Positions 1-9,006 of a stretch of 64,000 bases of DNA are shown in pieces. The stretch comes from Mycetocola sp. (lineage in GTDB: Bacteria > Actinomycetota > Actinomycetes > Actinomycetales > Microbacteriaceae): positions 8,755 through 72,754 of the forward strand of contig NZ_JAODMP010000096.1 in the NCBI RefSeq assembly GCF_025464835.1. The letters are read 5' to 3'. How positions within the stretch are numbered: the stretch's first letter is position 1; every line of letters starts with the position of its first letter. The notes under the pieces are model-generated. The model saw only the letters and a list, made by a program, of their open reading frames with translations, searched no databases and was not told the DNA's origin. A program made the position numbers and the translations under genes.

Positions 1-2
1 AC

Positions 3-746
3 GGCAGCCAGGCATCGCTGAAGTTCCAGGTCGGAGCAGACGGCGACGCCAGCAGCCAGATCGGCGTCAGCCTGGTCAGCGCCAACGTGTCCACCATTGC
101 CAGCGCGCTCAGCGTCGGCAACACCGGAACCACGTTCGCGACCACGGATGCCAACGCCGCACTGGCAACCGGCGCACACAAGTTCACCTTCACCGAGGGC
201 ACCACAACCACCGACGTGAACGTGACGCTCGGGGCTGCCGGGAGCTACAAGTCCGTCCAGGAGCTCGCCGATGCGCTGAACGCAGACGAGGGCTTCTCCG
301 CCAAGGCCGTCGCCAGCGTCGAGTACGACGCAGCAGGCGCTGCGACCGGAATCAACGTGAAGTCGGTCGACGGCGGAACGGTCACCGCCACGGCCCCCGC
401 CACGGCTGGACTGAGCACCGCCGGCACCGCGGGCACCGCAGGTGCCCTGGACTTCACAACTCCGTCAGGTGCGCAGGCCGCTATCAAGCTGATCGACAAC
501 CAGATCACCGGGGTCTCGACCTCCCGTGCAGACCTGGGTGCCATTCAGAACCGGTTCGAATCGGCCATCAACACGCTCAACGTGTCGAAGGAGAACCTCA
601 CCGCCGCCGAGTCGCGCATCCGCGACACCGACATGGCGAGCGAGATGGTGAACTACACCCGTTCGAACATCCTGTCCCAGGCCGGTACCGCCATGCTCGC
701 GCAGGCGAACCAGTCCAACCAGGGCGTTCTGCAGCTCCTCGGCTAG
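3..746 (+). CDS. fliC: flagellin, C-terminal part (5' end lies upstream of the window)
   Basis: The frame is open from nt 3 (GSQASLKFQVGADGD...), so ORF-track entry 87..746 is only an internal start. It has the C-terminal flagellin signature LGAIQNRFESAINTLNVSKENLTAAESRIRDTDMASEMVNYTRSNILSQAGTAMLAQANQSNQGVLQLLG. Confidence 0.95.
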   Translation, partial: GSQASLKFQVGADGDASSQIGVSLVSANVSTIASALSVGNTGTTFATTDANAALATGAHKFTFTEGTTTTDVNVTLGAAGSYKSVQELADALNADEGFSAKAVASVEYDAAGAATGINVKSVDGGTVTATAPATAGLSTAGTAGTAGALDFTTPSGAQAAIKLIDNQITGVSTSRADLGAIQNRFESAINTLNVSKENLTAAESRIRDTDMASEMVNYTRSNILSQAGTAMLAQANQSNQGVLQLLG

Positions 747-853
747 ACCGGGATCCATACGACGCTCGGTGACGGCTGAGCAGGAACTGGACCTCCTGCC
801 TCGGTCGTCGCCGAGCGTTACCGGCTCTCACACCTACAACGACGGGACATAAA

Positions 854-2188
854 ATGGGACTCGCACTCGACGGGCTGTCGAGCGGCCTCGGCACCACTGC
901 TCTCATCAACTCGATCATGCAGATCGAGGCAATTCCCCAATCTCTCCTCAAATCCAAAGTCTCCGGCACGCAGTCCATCATCACCGCCCTTCAGTCACTG
1001 AACACGAAAATCGCGGGACTCGCCGGACTCGCCACCGCGGCGTCGAAGCCGGATGCCCTCACCGCGTACACAGCCACAAGCAGCTCCGACACGATCTCCG
1101 TCGTCGCAGCGAAGGGGGCAACCGCAGGCCAGCTCGACATCGTCGTCGGAAAGCTCGCCCAGGCCCACACCACCGTCTCCGACGCCGTCACCGCATGGCC
1201 GGAAACCACACTCACCATCACGGGAACCGACGGCGGCGCTGTTTCCATCGCTGCAGCATCGACCTCCATCGACGACATCGTCTCAGCGGTGAATGCCGCG
1301 AAGGCCGGCGTCTCGGCGACCAAGGTCGCCGCAGGTACCGACGTCGCCACCGGCGAAACGCTCTACCGGGTGCAGTTCTCAGCGTCCGAAACCGGCGCGG
1401 CCGGCGCGTTCACCATCTCGGACACGAGCGTCCCGATGACCACCATCAAGGCGGCGCAGGACGCCGAAGCGACACTCTGGCAGGGCACAGCGGCCGAGCA
1501 GATCCTCACCTCGTCGACCAACACGTTCGAGAACATCCTCTCCGGCGTCTCCATCACGGCCACGGCCGCCTCGACGAACCCCGTCAGCATCACCGTTGCC
1601 CGCGACGCGAATGCCGCGACGAAGGTCGCCAGGGATCTGGTCGGCTCGCTGAACGAAGTCTTCGCCCTCATTTCCACCAAATCTGTCGTGACGACGTCAA
1701 CAACGAATGGCGTCACATCGGTCAACGGCGGCGTTTTCACCGGCGACAGCTCGGTGCGGAGCGCCAAAGGCTCCTTGCTGACCGCGGCCTCGATGCCCGT
1801 GGACGGCTTCTCGCCCTCTGAGATCGGCATCAGCATCACCAAGCACGGAGTGCTCGAATTCGATGCCACCGTCTTCGGCGCCGCCCTTGCGGACGATCCG
1901 GCGAAGGTTGAGTCGATGATGCAGCAGATCGCTTCTCGGGTGGCAGGCTCGGCCACCCAGGCTTCAGACAAGTACGACGGCACCCTCACGGCGAAGATCA
2001 CCGGCCAGGAATCGCTGGCGAAGAACCTCAACGGGCGGATCGAGGAGTGGGATGCCCGGCTGGAGAACCGTCGGGCCACCCTCACCCGCATGTACTCGGG
2101 CATGGAGGTTCGGCTCAGCGCCCTCAACGCGCAGTCTGCATACCTGACGTCCCAACTCGCCTCCCTGAGCACAGGACCCTCGAAATGA
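854..2188 (+). CDS. fliD: flagellar filament cap protein (hook-associated protein 2)
   Basis: 444 aa. The N-terminus GLSSGLGTTALINSIMQIEAIPQSLLKSKVSGTQSIITALQSLNTKI and the C-terminal coiled region (RLENRRATLTRMYSGMEVRLSALNAQSAYLTSQL) are typical FliD. It lies between fliC and fliS. Confidence 0.9.
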   Translation: MGLALDGLSSGLGTTALINSIMQIEAIPQSLLKSKVSGTQSIITALQSLNTKIAGLAGLATAASKPDALTAYTATSSSDTISVVAAKGATAGQLDIVVGKLAQAHTTVSDAVTAWPETTLTITGTDGGAVSIAAASTSIDDIVSAVNAAKAGVSATKVAAGTDVATGETLYRVQFSASETGAAGAFTISDTSVPMTTIKAAQDAEATLWQGTAAEQILTSSTNTFENILSGVSITATAASTNPVSITVARDANAATKVARDLVGSLNEVFALISTKSVVTTSTTNGVTSVNGGVFTGDSSVRSAKGSLLTAASMPVDGFSPSEIGISITKHGVLEFDATVFGAALADDPAKVESMMQQIASRVAGSATQASDKYDGTLTAKITGQESLAKNLNGRIEEWDARLENRRATLTRMYSGMEVRLSALNAQSAYLTSQLASLSTGPSK

Positions 2189-2616
2189 CACTGACCAACG
2201 ACTTCACTGCCCAGCGCGCCAGATACAACCGCGAGGCCATCCTCTCTGCCACACCCGTAACGCTCCTGACGATGCTGTACGACCGGTTGCTGCTCGACCT
2301 CGGGCGCGCCGAGGCCGCCCAGGAGCGTGAGGACTGGGCCGTGGCCAGGGAGAATCTCCTGCACGCCCAGGACATCATCGGCGAGCTGTCGTCGTCGTTG
2401 ACTGTCGATGCCTGGGATGGCGGCCCTGCGCTGCTCGGGCTGTACACCTATGTCTCTGGGCTACTGACCGCCGCCAACATCAACCGCGACAGCTCACATA
2501 CCCGCGAAAGCATCGCCCTGCTCGAGCCGCTCCGCCAGGCCTGGTACGAGGCGGCGGACGATCTGCCGGTTCAGCGTCCTGATGTGTCGGCGACCGGAAT
2601 GCTCGGCATTGGCTGA
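2185..2616 (+). CDS. fliS: flagellin-specific export chaperone FliS
   Basis: The ATG at 2185 overlaps the fliD stop (ATGA). The sequence AILSATPVTLLTMLYDRLLLDLGRAEAA...NLLHAQDIIGELSSSL...LLGLYTYVSGLLTAANI matches the FliS four-helix pattern. The ORF-track start at 2047 lies inside fliD and is rejected. Confidence 0.9.
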   Translation: MTLTNDFTAQRARYNREAILSATPVTLLTMLYDRLLLDLGRAEAAQEREDWAVARENLLHAQDIIGELSSSLTVDAWDGGPALLGLYTYVSGLLTAANINRDSSHTRESIALLEPLRQAWYEAADDLPVQRPDVSATGMLGIG

Positions 2617-2899
2617 CCGGCCAAGCGCAGAGTGGCCGACCATCCTCGATGAGATGGAAGCGGACCTGGCCCGTGCTCTCGATCCCGGCACGGCCGACGG
2701 CTGGGTCCCGCCGGCCGACGCCGGCAGCATCCCCCCGCACCTGTTCGAACGTGCACAACGCGTTCTCGGCGCCCAGCAGCGTGCCATCGCCCGGTTGACC
2801 AGCGAGCAGGAGGGCGTCGCCCAGCACCTCGCCGCCCTTCGCACGGTGCCACCGGCTGGGGCCACCGGCCAGTCCGTTTACCTCGACGTCGTCGGTTAA
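2582..2899 (+). CDS. hypothetical small protein downstream of fliS (start uncertain; internal ATG at 2654)
   Basis: ORF-track 105 aa in the same orientation, sitting between fliS and the flgB promoter motif. No recognisable motif. Codon third positions are GC-rich like the neighbouring genes. Confidence 0.45.
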   Translation: MCRRPECSALADRPSAEWPTILDEMEADLARALDPGTADGWVPPADAGSIPPHLFERAQRVLGAQQRAIARLTSEQEGVAQHLAALRTVPPAGATGQSVYLDVVG

Positions 2900-2924
2900 A
2901 ACGCCCTCTCGAGAGCATCGGCTT

Positions 2925-2952
2925 CTAACCAAACCGGATACCGGTCCGATAG
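2925..2952 (+). promoter_or_regulatory. candidate sigma-28/SigD/WhiG-type promoter upstream of flgB
   Basis: CTAAC-N15-TCCGATAG lies about 75 nt upstream of the flgB GTG. The same architecture occurs at 12660-12687 and on the minus strand at 26059-26086. The family consensus is TAAA-N15-GCCGATAA. Confidence 0.55.
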
Positions 2953-3029
2953 CTAATGGGGAGCACGGATTGCTCACCCCTCAGGCCACGGATCGGCCGC
3001 GCTGTTTTCTCTTCACGAATCGGGTGATC

Positions 3030-3371
3030 GTGTTCGAATCCGTGTCCGCCACTGCACTCTCCAGCGCCCTCGACGGGCTCGCTCTGCGTCAGCGCGCGAT
3101 CGCCAACAACATCGCCAATGTGAACACGCCCGGCTACACCGCCCAGCGAGTCTCATTCGAGGACGCCCTCGCCGCGTCTGTGCGCGACGGGAGCGGCGCC
3201 ACGACAGCGACTGTGCAGCGATCACTCGAACCCACCGATCTTCAGGGCAACAACGTGAACCTCGACACCGAAACGCTGTCGAACATCGACACCGTGCTGC
3301 GCTACCAGTTCACGGCACGCGCCGTTGAGGGAACCTTCACGAGCGTGCGCTCCGCACTGAGGACCAGCTGA
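3030..3371 (+). CDS. flgB: flagellar basal-body rod protein FlgB
   Basis: The GTG at 3030 gives (M)FESVSATALSSALDGLALRQRAIANNIANVNTPGYTAQRVSFE, the typical FlgB N-terminus. The ORF-track start at 2970 adds an unlikely extension. Confidence 0.9.
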   Translation: MFESVSATALSSALDGLALRQRAIANNIANVNTPGYTAQRVSFEDALAASVRDGSGATTATVQRSLEPTDLQGNNVNLDTETLSNIDTVLRYQFTARAVEGTFTSVRSALRTS

Positions 3372-3763
3372 TGACATTCGACGCAATCGGCATCGCCGGC
3401 ACGGCACTCACCGTGCACCGCAAGTGGCTCGACGCCGTCTCCGACAACCTCGCCAACGCCAACACCGTGACAAGCACGGACGGCGACGCCTTCCAGGCGC
3501 GCTACGTGCTCGCGCAGGCCGGAGAGGGTACATCCGGCGTGCACGTCGCCGGTGCCGCATACGGCGACCCTGAGGGCAGGATGGTGCACCAGCCCGACCA
3601 CCCACTCGCGGATGCCGACGGTTACGTGCGCTACCCAGACATCGACATGGCGTCCCAGATGGGACAGCTCATCATGGCGCAGCGCGGCTACCAGGCCAAC
3701 GCGGCCGTCGTCGACCGAGCCAAAGAGACCTACCAGGCTGCAATTCAGATCGGACGCAACTAA
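3371..3763 (+). CDS. flgC: flagellar basal-body rod protein FlgC
   Basis: MTFDAIGIAGTALTVHRKWLDAVSDNLANANT... with C-terminal SQMGQLIMAQRGYQANAAVVDRAKETYQAAIQI. Its start shares a nucleotide with the flgB stop. Confidence 0.93.
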   Translation: MTFDAIGIAGTALTVHRKWLDAVSDNLANANTVTSTDGDAFQARYVLAQAGEGTSGVHVAGAAYGDPEGRMVHQPDHPLADADGYVRYPDIDMASQMGQLIMAQRGYQANAAVVDRAKETYQAAIQIGRN

Positions 3764-4065
3764 TGCCCATCGACTCTCTCTCCGCTCTGCAAGGCGTGTC
3801 AGGAACCGGGTACCTGGCGAACACGAAGCCGGCCACGACAGACGGCTCTGCCTTCGCCTCGGTTCTCGGCGGTGCCATCGACAACGTCCAGGGGCTCCAG
3901 TCGACGTCGAGCGCACTCGCCGTGAAGGCCGTCACCGGGGACCTCAACGACATCCACACGGCCACCATCGCCTCGACACGCGCCGCCGTAACCCTCGAAC
4001 TCGTCGCGGCTGTGCGGAACAAGGGCGTTGACGCGTTCAACGAGATCATGAGGATGCAGGCTTAA
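3763..4065 (+). CDS. fliE: flagellar hook-basal body complex protein FliE
   Basis: 100 aa with the C-terminal motif IHTATIASTRAAVTLELVAAVRNKGVDAFNEIMRMQ. It occupies the position after flgC. Confidence 0.9.
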   Translation: MPIDSLSALQGVSGTGYLANTKPATTDGSAFASVLGGAIDNVQGLQSTSSALAVKAVTGDLNDIHTATIASTRAAVTLELVAAVRNKGVDAFNEIMRMQA

Positions 4066-5642
4066 TGCCCCAGCAGGTCACCTCCGCTTTCCGCCGGCTC
4101 ATGGCGGCGGTCCGGAGCTTCAGCCTTGCGCAGCGGACGATCGCCATTCTCGGTGTCGCCGTGCTCGCGCTCGGCATTTTCGCGTTGTCGGCGTGGCTCA
4201 TGAAGCCCGCGTACACCCCGCTCTTCTCCGGCCTCAGCGCCTCGGATGCCGCGACCATCGTCGAGCAGCTTCAGACGAACGGGGTCGACTACGAGCTGGC
4301 CAACGGCGGCGCCACGATTCTCGTGCCCGAGCAGAACGTCTACGCTGAGCGCCTCACGGCAGCTGCAGCCGGGCTGCCGTCCTCGGGCACTGGCGGCTAC
4401 TCGTTGCTCGACGAGATGGGCGTGACGTCGAGCGAGTTCCAGCAGTCGGTTACATACAAGCGCGCGCTCGAGGGTGAGCTGGCGTCGACGATCTCAGCGC
4501 TCGAGGGCGTCACAACGGCATCCGTGCGGCTGGCCATTCCCGAGGAAACCGTCTTCGTCGCTGAGAAGACCAACCCAACGGCCTCCGTTTTCGTGGAGAC
4601 CAAGAACGGCGTCACGTTGTCTGCCGAGCAGGTCCAGGCGATCACCCACCTGACCTCAGCGTCGGTCGACGGAATGAACGCGACAGACGTCGCTGTGGTC
4701 GATGCCAAGGGAACCGTACTGTCGGCCGTTGGCGTCGGCGCGACCGGCACCGCAGCGCAACAGTCCTCCGACTACGAACAGCGCGTGCGCGGCTCCGTGC
4801 AGGCGATGCTCGACCAAATCGTCGGCCCGGGCAATTCAACGGTCATCGTTGCCGCCGGGGTCAATCTCGAGTCGGCTGAACGGGTCGAGGAGTCGTTCAC
4901 CACACCCGAAAATGCGCCGATTCTCACCGAGTCGTCGTCGACAGAGAACTACACCGGCGGAGCGGGCGGTTCAGCAGGCGTGCTCGGCCCAGACAACATC
5001 GCCGTGCCGGGCGGCGCAACCGGCAGCGGCAATTACACCTCCGAATCGGCGACGAAGAACCACGCCGTCGACAAGGTGACCGAGTCTCGCACCATCCCGG
5101 CCGGCTCCATCGAGCGCCAGACCGTCTCGGTTGCGCTCAGCGCCGATGTTGCAGGGGACCTCAACGTCAATGACATCTCGGCGCTCGTTTCATCGGCCGC
5201 CGGCATCGATCCGCTCCGTGGCGACGAAGTCACGGTCGAAGTCGTCAACTTCACGACCTCCGCGGCGGACGAAGCCGCCGCGGCCATCGCTGCGACAGAG
5301 AAGGCCGCAGCGGACGAGCGCACGAACGACCTGATCCGCACCGGCATCATCGCCGCTGCCCTCCTCATCACAACGGCGATCGTCCTCCTCATCATCCGCG
5401 CGCGCCGCATCCGGGCGGAGGCCGAGTCGGACCAGTCAGCACTCCAAGCTGGAGCATTCAAGGACCTCGTGATGGCTGACGAAACCGAGGTACTGACCGC
5501 CGTACCCGAGTCCCTTCCGGTGTCCTCCGGGCCCACCTCGATCGACAGAACCCGTGCCGAGATCGGGTCGCTCGCAGAGCGGAACCCCGAGAAGGCCGCT
5601 GCCTTCCTCCGAGGCCTCATGGATGAGAAGCAACCAGTATGA
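4065..5642 (+). CDS. fliF: flagellar MS-ring protein FliF
   Basis: 525 aa with an N-terminal TM segment. It has the YscJ/FliF motif YELANGGATILVPEQNVYAERL...VTYKRALEGELASTISALEGVTTASVRLAIPEETVF and a C-terminal TM segment plus FliG-binding tail. Confidence 0.95.
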   Translation: MPQQVTSAFRRLMAAVRSFSLAQRTIAILGVAVLALGIFALSAWLMKPAYTPLFSGLSASDAATIVEQLQTNGVDYELANGGATILVPEQNVYAERLTAAAAGLPSSGTGGYSLLDEMGVTSSEFQQSVTYKRALEGELASTISALEGVTTASVRLAIPEETVFVAEKTNPTASVFVETKNGVTLSAEQVQAITHLTSASVDGMNATDVAVVDAKGTVLSAVGVGATGTAAQQSSDYEQRVRGSVQAMLDQIVGPGNSTVIVAAGVNLESAERVEESFTTPENAPILTESSSTENYTGGAGGSAGVLGPDNIAVPGGATGSGNYTSESATKNHAVDKVTESRTIPAGSIERQTVSVALSADVAGDLNVNDISALVSSAAGIDPLRGDEVTVEVVNFTTSAADEAAAAIAATEKAAADERTNDLIRTGIIAAALLITTAIVLLIIRARRIRAEAESDQSALQAGAFKDLVMADETEVLTAVPESLPVSSGPTSIDRTRAEIGSLAERNPEKAAAFLRGLMDEKQPV

Positions 5643-6658
5643 CGACCGCAACCCCCGAGCTGACCGGATCCCAGAAGGTCGCCGTTGTGCTCATGAACTT
5701 GGAACAGCAGCAGGCCGCACGCGTGATGAAGCAATTCACCGACGCCGAGGCCGAGGAGATCGCTGCTGAAATCGTGCGGATGCGCCGGGTCGAGTCACAC
5801 GTGGCCGAAAAGGCACTGACGGAGTTCCACGAGATCGCCGTTGCTGACCGGGTCAACTCGCGCGGCGGAAGCGACGTCGCCAACGGCCTGCTCGAAGCGT
5901 CGTTCGGTTCCGAACGGGCAGCCGGCGTGATGAACCGCGTCGCGGCATCCATGGCCGGGCGGTCCTTCGAGTTCCTCAACACCGCCGAGCCGTCCCAGAT
6001 CGTCAGTCTGATCGAAGGTGAACTGCCCCAGACCATCGCTCTCGTCCTGGCTCACCTGCGCCCGGGACTCGCCTCCTCGACGATGGCCGGACTCGCCGAC
6101 TCCCTGCGTACCGACGTCGCCGAGTGCATCGCCGCCATGGGCCCCGCGGCACCGGAGGCCGTGCGGGTGGTCGCTGGCGCGCTTCGGGTGCGTTCAAGCG
6201 GTGTCGTCGCTGCCCGCAGTTCGACGGATGTCGTTGGCGGCATCCGTCCCCTCCTCGACATCATCAATCAGAGTGACGTCGCGACCGAGCGCGCTCTCCT
6301 CGCCGGACTCGAAGAACGTGACCCGGAGCTCGCCCAGGAACTCCGCGACCTGATGCTTACCTTCGCCGATATCGTGAAACTCGAGCAGCGCGACGTCCAA
6401 CTGGTGCTGCGCGGCGTGGACCCGGCCAACCTCGCCCGCGCCATGAAGGGCGCATCTGAGCCCGTCGCCGAGACGATCCGTGCGAATCTCTCTGAACGCA
6501 ATCGCCAACTGCTCGACGACGAGCTCGCGAACATGGGTCCGGTGCGGGTATCGCAGGTCGACGAAGCACGCGCCGATATCGTGCGAGCGATCCGCGACAT
6601 GGAAGCCGACGGCCGCATCGTGCTTTCCCGGGCAGACGATGACCAATATGTTGACTGA
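5639..6658 (+). CDS. fliG: flagellar motor switch protein FliG
   Basis: 339 aa with GSQKVAVVLMNLEQQQAARVMKQFTDAEAEEIAAEI and the C-terminal torque-helix region VRVSQVDEARADIVRAIRDMEADGRIVL. It overlaps fliF by 4 nt. Confidence 0.95.
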   Translation: MTTATPELTGSQKVAVVLMNLEQQQAARVMKQFTDAEAEEIAAEIVRMRRVESHVAEKALTEFHEIAVADRVNSRGGSDVANGLLEASFGSERAAGVMNRVAASMAGRSFEFLNTAEPSQIVSLIEGELPQTIALVLAHLRPGLASSTMAGLADSLRTDVAECIAAMGPAAPEAVRVVAGALRVRSSGVVAARSSTDVVGGIRPLLDIINQSDVATERALLAGLEERDPELAQELRDLMLTFADIVKLEQRDVQLVLRGVDPANLARAMKGASEPVAETIRANLSERNRQLLDDELANMGPVRVSQVDEARADIVRAIRDMEADGRIVLSRADDDQYVD

Positions 6659-7256
6659 GCCGTCATTCCGCGCCCTGTCGTTCCCGAGCCTCGGCCGCAC
6701 AGACACGGAACGGATAGAGACCGAGGCGCGTACGCGCGGCCACGCCGCTGGTTACGCTGCGGGACTGCGAGTGGCAGAGAAAGCCATGCTGGAACAGGAA
6801 CTCGCCCGTGACGCGGAGCACGCCGAGCAACTCCGAGCGGGACAGGCGGCCGTGGAGCAGGCCATCGAGCTGCTCACCACCGCGGTGCGATCCGCCGACG
6901 CCAGGCTCTTGCCGATCCTGCAGGAATCGCAGGACACCCTTGCGGCCGCGGCGATCGACCTTGCCGAGGCCGTTATCGGCCACGAACTCTCCGACGGCCC
7001 CGGCTCCGCCCGCGCCGCGCTCTTCCGTGCTCTCGACGCGGTCGCCCCAGCCGAACCCAGCAGTGTCCGATTGAACCCTGGCGACCTTGCCCTGATCGAT
7101 CCTGAAGTCCGCGCACGATCCGGGGTCGCGCTCGTCGCCGATGCTTCGCTCCAGCCGGGCGACGCGATCGCCGACATGCCGAACGGCTACCTCGATGCCC
7201 GCATCGGCACGGCGCTCTCCCGTGCGAAAGCCACCCTGCTCGGGAGCGAATCGTGA
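6639..7256 (+). CDS. fliH: flagellar assembly protein FliH
   Basis: The ATG at 6639 overlaps the fliG 3' end. The sequence ETEARTRGHAAGYAAGLRVAE... is FliH/YscL-like and sits before fliI. The ORF-track start at 6480 lies deep in fliG and is rejected. Confidence 0.8.
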   Translation: MTNMLTEPSFRALSFPSLGRTDTERIETEARTRGHAAGYAAGLRVAEKAMLEQELARDAEHAEQLRAGQAAVEQAIELLTTAVRSADARLLPILQESQDTLAAAAIDLAEAVIGHELSDGPGSARAALFRALDAVAPAEPSSVRLNPGDLALIDPEVRARSGVALVADASLQPGDAIADMPNGYLDARIGTALSRAKATLLGSES

Positions 7257-8575
7257 GCGACAACTGGCGTCCTCGCCCCCAGCAGTTCGGGTCAGCCTTG
7301 CTCGCTGCCCGTCCTGAACGTGTGGGCACCGTCACATCCGTCGTCGGCCTCGCTGTCGAACTGCAGGGCCTTGGCAGTGCCGTCGGCGACCTGGTCACCA
7401 TCGGCGACGACGTGAACGCAGAAGTCGTCGCCACCAGCCGGGACGGCATCCGGTGCATGCCCCTCGGCCGGATGACCGGGATCAAGGTCGGAGCCCCTGC
7501 CCGGTCACACGGTCGCCCTCTCCTCGTACCGACGGGAACCGGGCTTCTCGGCCGGGTGCTCGACGGACTCGGCCGTCCGATCGATGGCAAAGGCCCACTG
7601 CAGGTGGAGCGGAGAGTTTCGCTCGACAGAGAAGCGCCGTCTTCGATGGAACGCGCCCGCATCGACACCCCGCTGCAGCTCGGCGTGCGGGTGCTCGACG
7701 CTCTCACCACCGTCGGCAAGGGTCAACGCATGGGCCTCTTCGCCGGCTCGGGGGTCGGAAAGTCGTCGCTCTTGTCCATGATCGCGCGCGGAACCGACGC
7801 AGCGGTATCCGTCATCGCCCTCGTCGGCGAGCGGGGCCGCGAGGTGCGGGAATTCCTCGAGGATGACCTCGGCGAGGAGGGCCTGGCGCGATCCGTCGTC
7901 GTTGTGTCGACCTCGGACGACCCGGCCCTGCTGCGCCTCCGCGCCGCGTTCACCGCCACCCGCATTGCGGAATCCTTTCGTGAGCGTGGCGAAGACGTGA
8001 TGCTGATGATGGACTCGCTCACCCGCGTCGCCATGGCACAACGCGAGATCGGGCTCTCCGCCGGCGAACCTCCTGCGACCCGCGGCTACCCGCCGTCGAC
8101 GTTCTCCGTGCTCGCACGGCTCCTCGAACGGGCAGGGACGGATGCCGTCGGCTCGGTGACCGGGATGTACACGGTCCTCGTCGACGGGGACGACCACAAC
8201 GAACCGATCGCGGATGCGGCTCGGTCGATCCTCGACGGACACGTCGTTCTCGACCGCAAACTGGCGGTAACCGGCCACTTCCCCTCGGTCCAGGCCCTCG
8301 AGTCGATCTCACGCGTCGCGTCACGGGTCAACCCGCCTGAGCGTACGCGGCAGGCGGCGTTCCTGCGCCGGGTGCTCGCAGCTCGACGGGGAGCGCAGGA
8401 TCTCATCGACGTCGGCGCCTACCAGCGCGGAACCAACCCGCTCGTCGATGCGGCTCTGGACCATGACGGGGCGATCCAGTCCTTTCTGCAGCAGCGGATG
8501 GATGAACAGACTCCGGCGAACGACACCTGGGACCACCTGATCAGGCTCAACCGACTTCTTGGAGGATCAGCATGA
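7253..8575 (+). CDS. fliI: flagellum-specific ATPase FliI
   Basis: 440 aa with Walker A GLFAGSGVGKSSLL and Walker B-like VMLMMDSLTR. It is F1/T3SS-ATPase-like throughout. Confidence 0.97.
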   Translation: MSDNWRPRPQQFGSALLAARPERVGTVTSVVGLAVELQGLGSAVGDLVTIGDDVNAEVVATSRDGIRCMPLGRMTGIKVGAPARSHGRPLLVPTGTGLLGRVLDGLGRPIDGKGPLQVERRVSLDREAPSSMERARIDTPLQLGVRVLDALTTVGKGQRMGLFAGSGVGKSSLLSMIARGTDAAVSVIALVGERGREVREFLEDDLGEEGLARSVVVVSTSDDPALLRLRAAFTATRIAESFRERGEDVMLMMDSLTRVAMAQREIGLSAGEPPATRGYPPSTFSVLARLLERAGTDAVGSVTGMYTVLVDGDDHNEPIADAARSILDGHVVLDRKLAVTGHFPSVQALESISRVASRVNPPERTRQAAFLRRVLAARRGAQDLIDVGAYQRGTNPLVDAALDHDGAIQSFLQQRMDEQTPANDTWDHLIRLNRLLGGSA

Positions 8576-9006
8576 CTCGATCGTTTTCACTGGCCGGCTT
8601 GTTGCGACTGCGGCGGATTCGGGAAGATCAGGCCGCCGGCAGGCTCGCCGCTGCCAACGCCCGTGTGCGCGAGAACGCAGCGCGGACCGCGCAGATGCGC
8701 AACCACCTGGGCGGGACCGAGAGCGAGGTCTCGAATTCGGCCGCGCTCCACGCCGTCAGCACGGCTCGTGCCTCCTCGCGCAGTATGCTCGCCGAGTTGA
8801 ATGCCCTCGCCGCGCTTCGACAGGCCGCCGCCGACGAGTCTGCTGCCGAGTTCGCGGCCGCCCGTTCCCAGTCCGTCCGCATCGAGAAGCTCGAGCTGCG
8901 GCACGGTGAACTCGTGGCGAAGCAGGACCTCCACGCCGAACAGCTCGTCCTCGATGAGATCGCATCCCGCTCCTGGTTCCAGGCGAAGGGTGAAGCGACA
9001 GCATGA
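8572..9006 (+). CDS. fliJ: flagellar export protein FliJ
   Basis: 144 aa coiled-coil protein. The N-terminus FSLAGLLRLRRIREDQAAGRLAAANARVRE is typical FliJ. It overlaps fliI by 4 nt. Confidence 0.8.
   Translation: MTRSFSLAGLLRLRRIREDQAAGRLAAANARVRENAARTAQMRNHLGGTESEVSNSAALHAVSTARASSRSMLAELNALAALRQAAADESAAEFAAARSQSVRIEKLELRHGELVAKQDLHAEQLVLDEIASRSWFQAKGEATA

Noticed and set aside
747-853. Fourth copy of the CTAAC-N15-GCCGATAG motif upstream of fliD
   Set aside because: I scanned the fliC-fliD spacer and found only GCCGAGCG, without a TAAC element at the right spacing. fliD is probably read through from fliC or uses a different promoter.
1363-2364. 333-aa minus-strand ORF
   Set aside because: It is antisense to fliD and fliS and is a shadow ORF.
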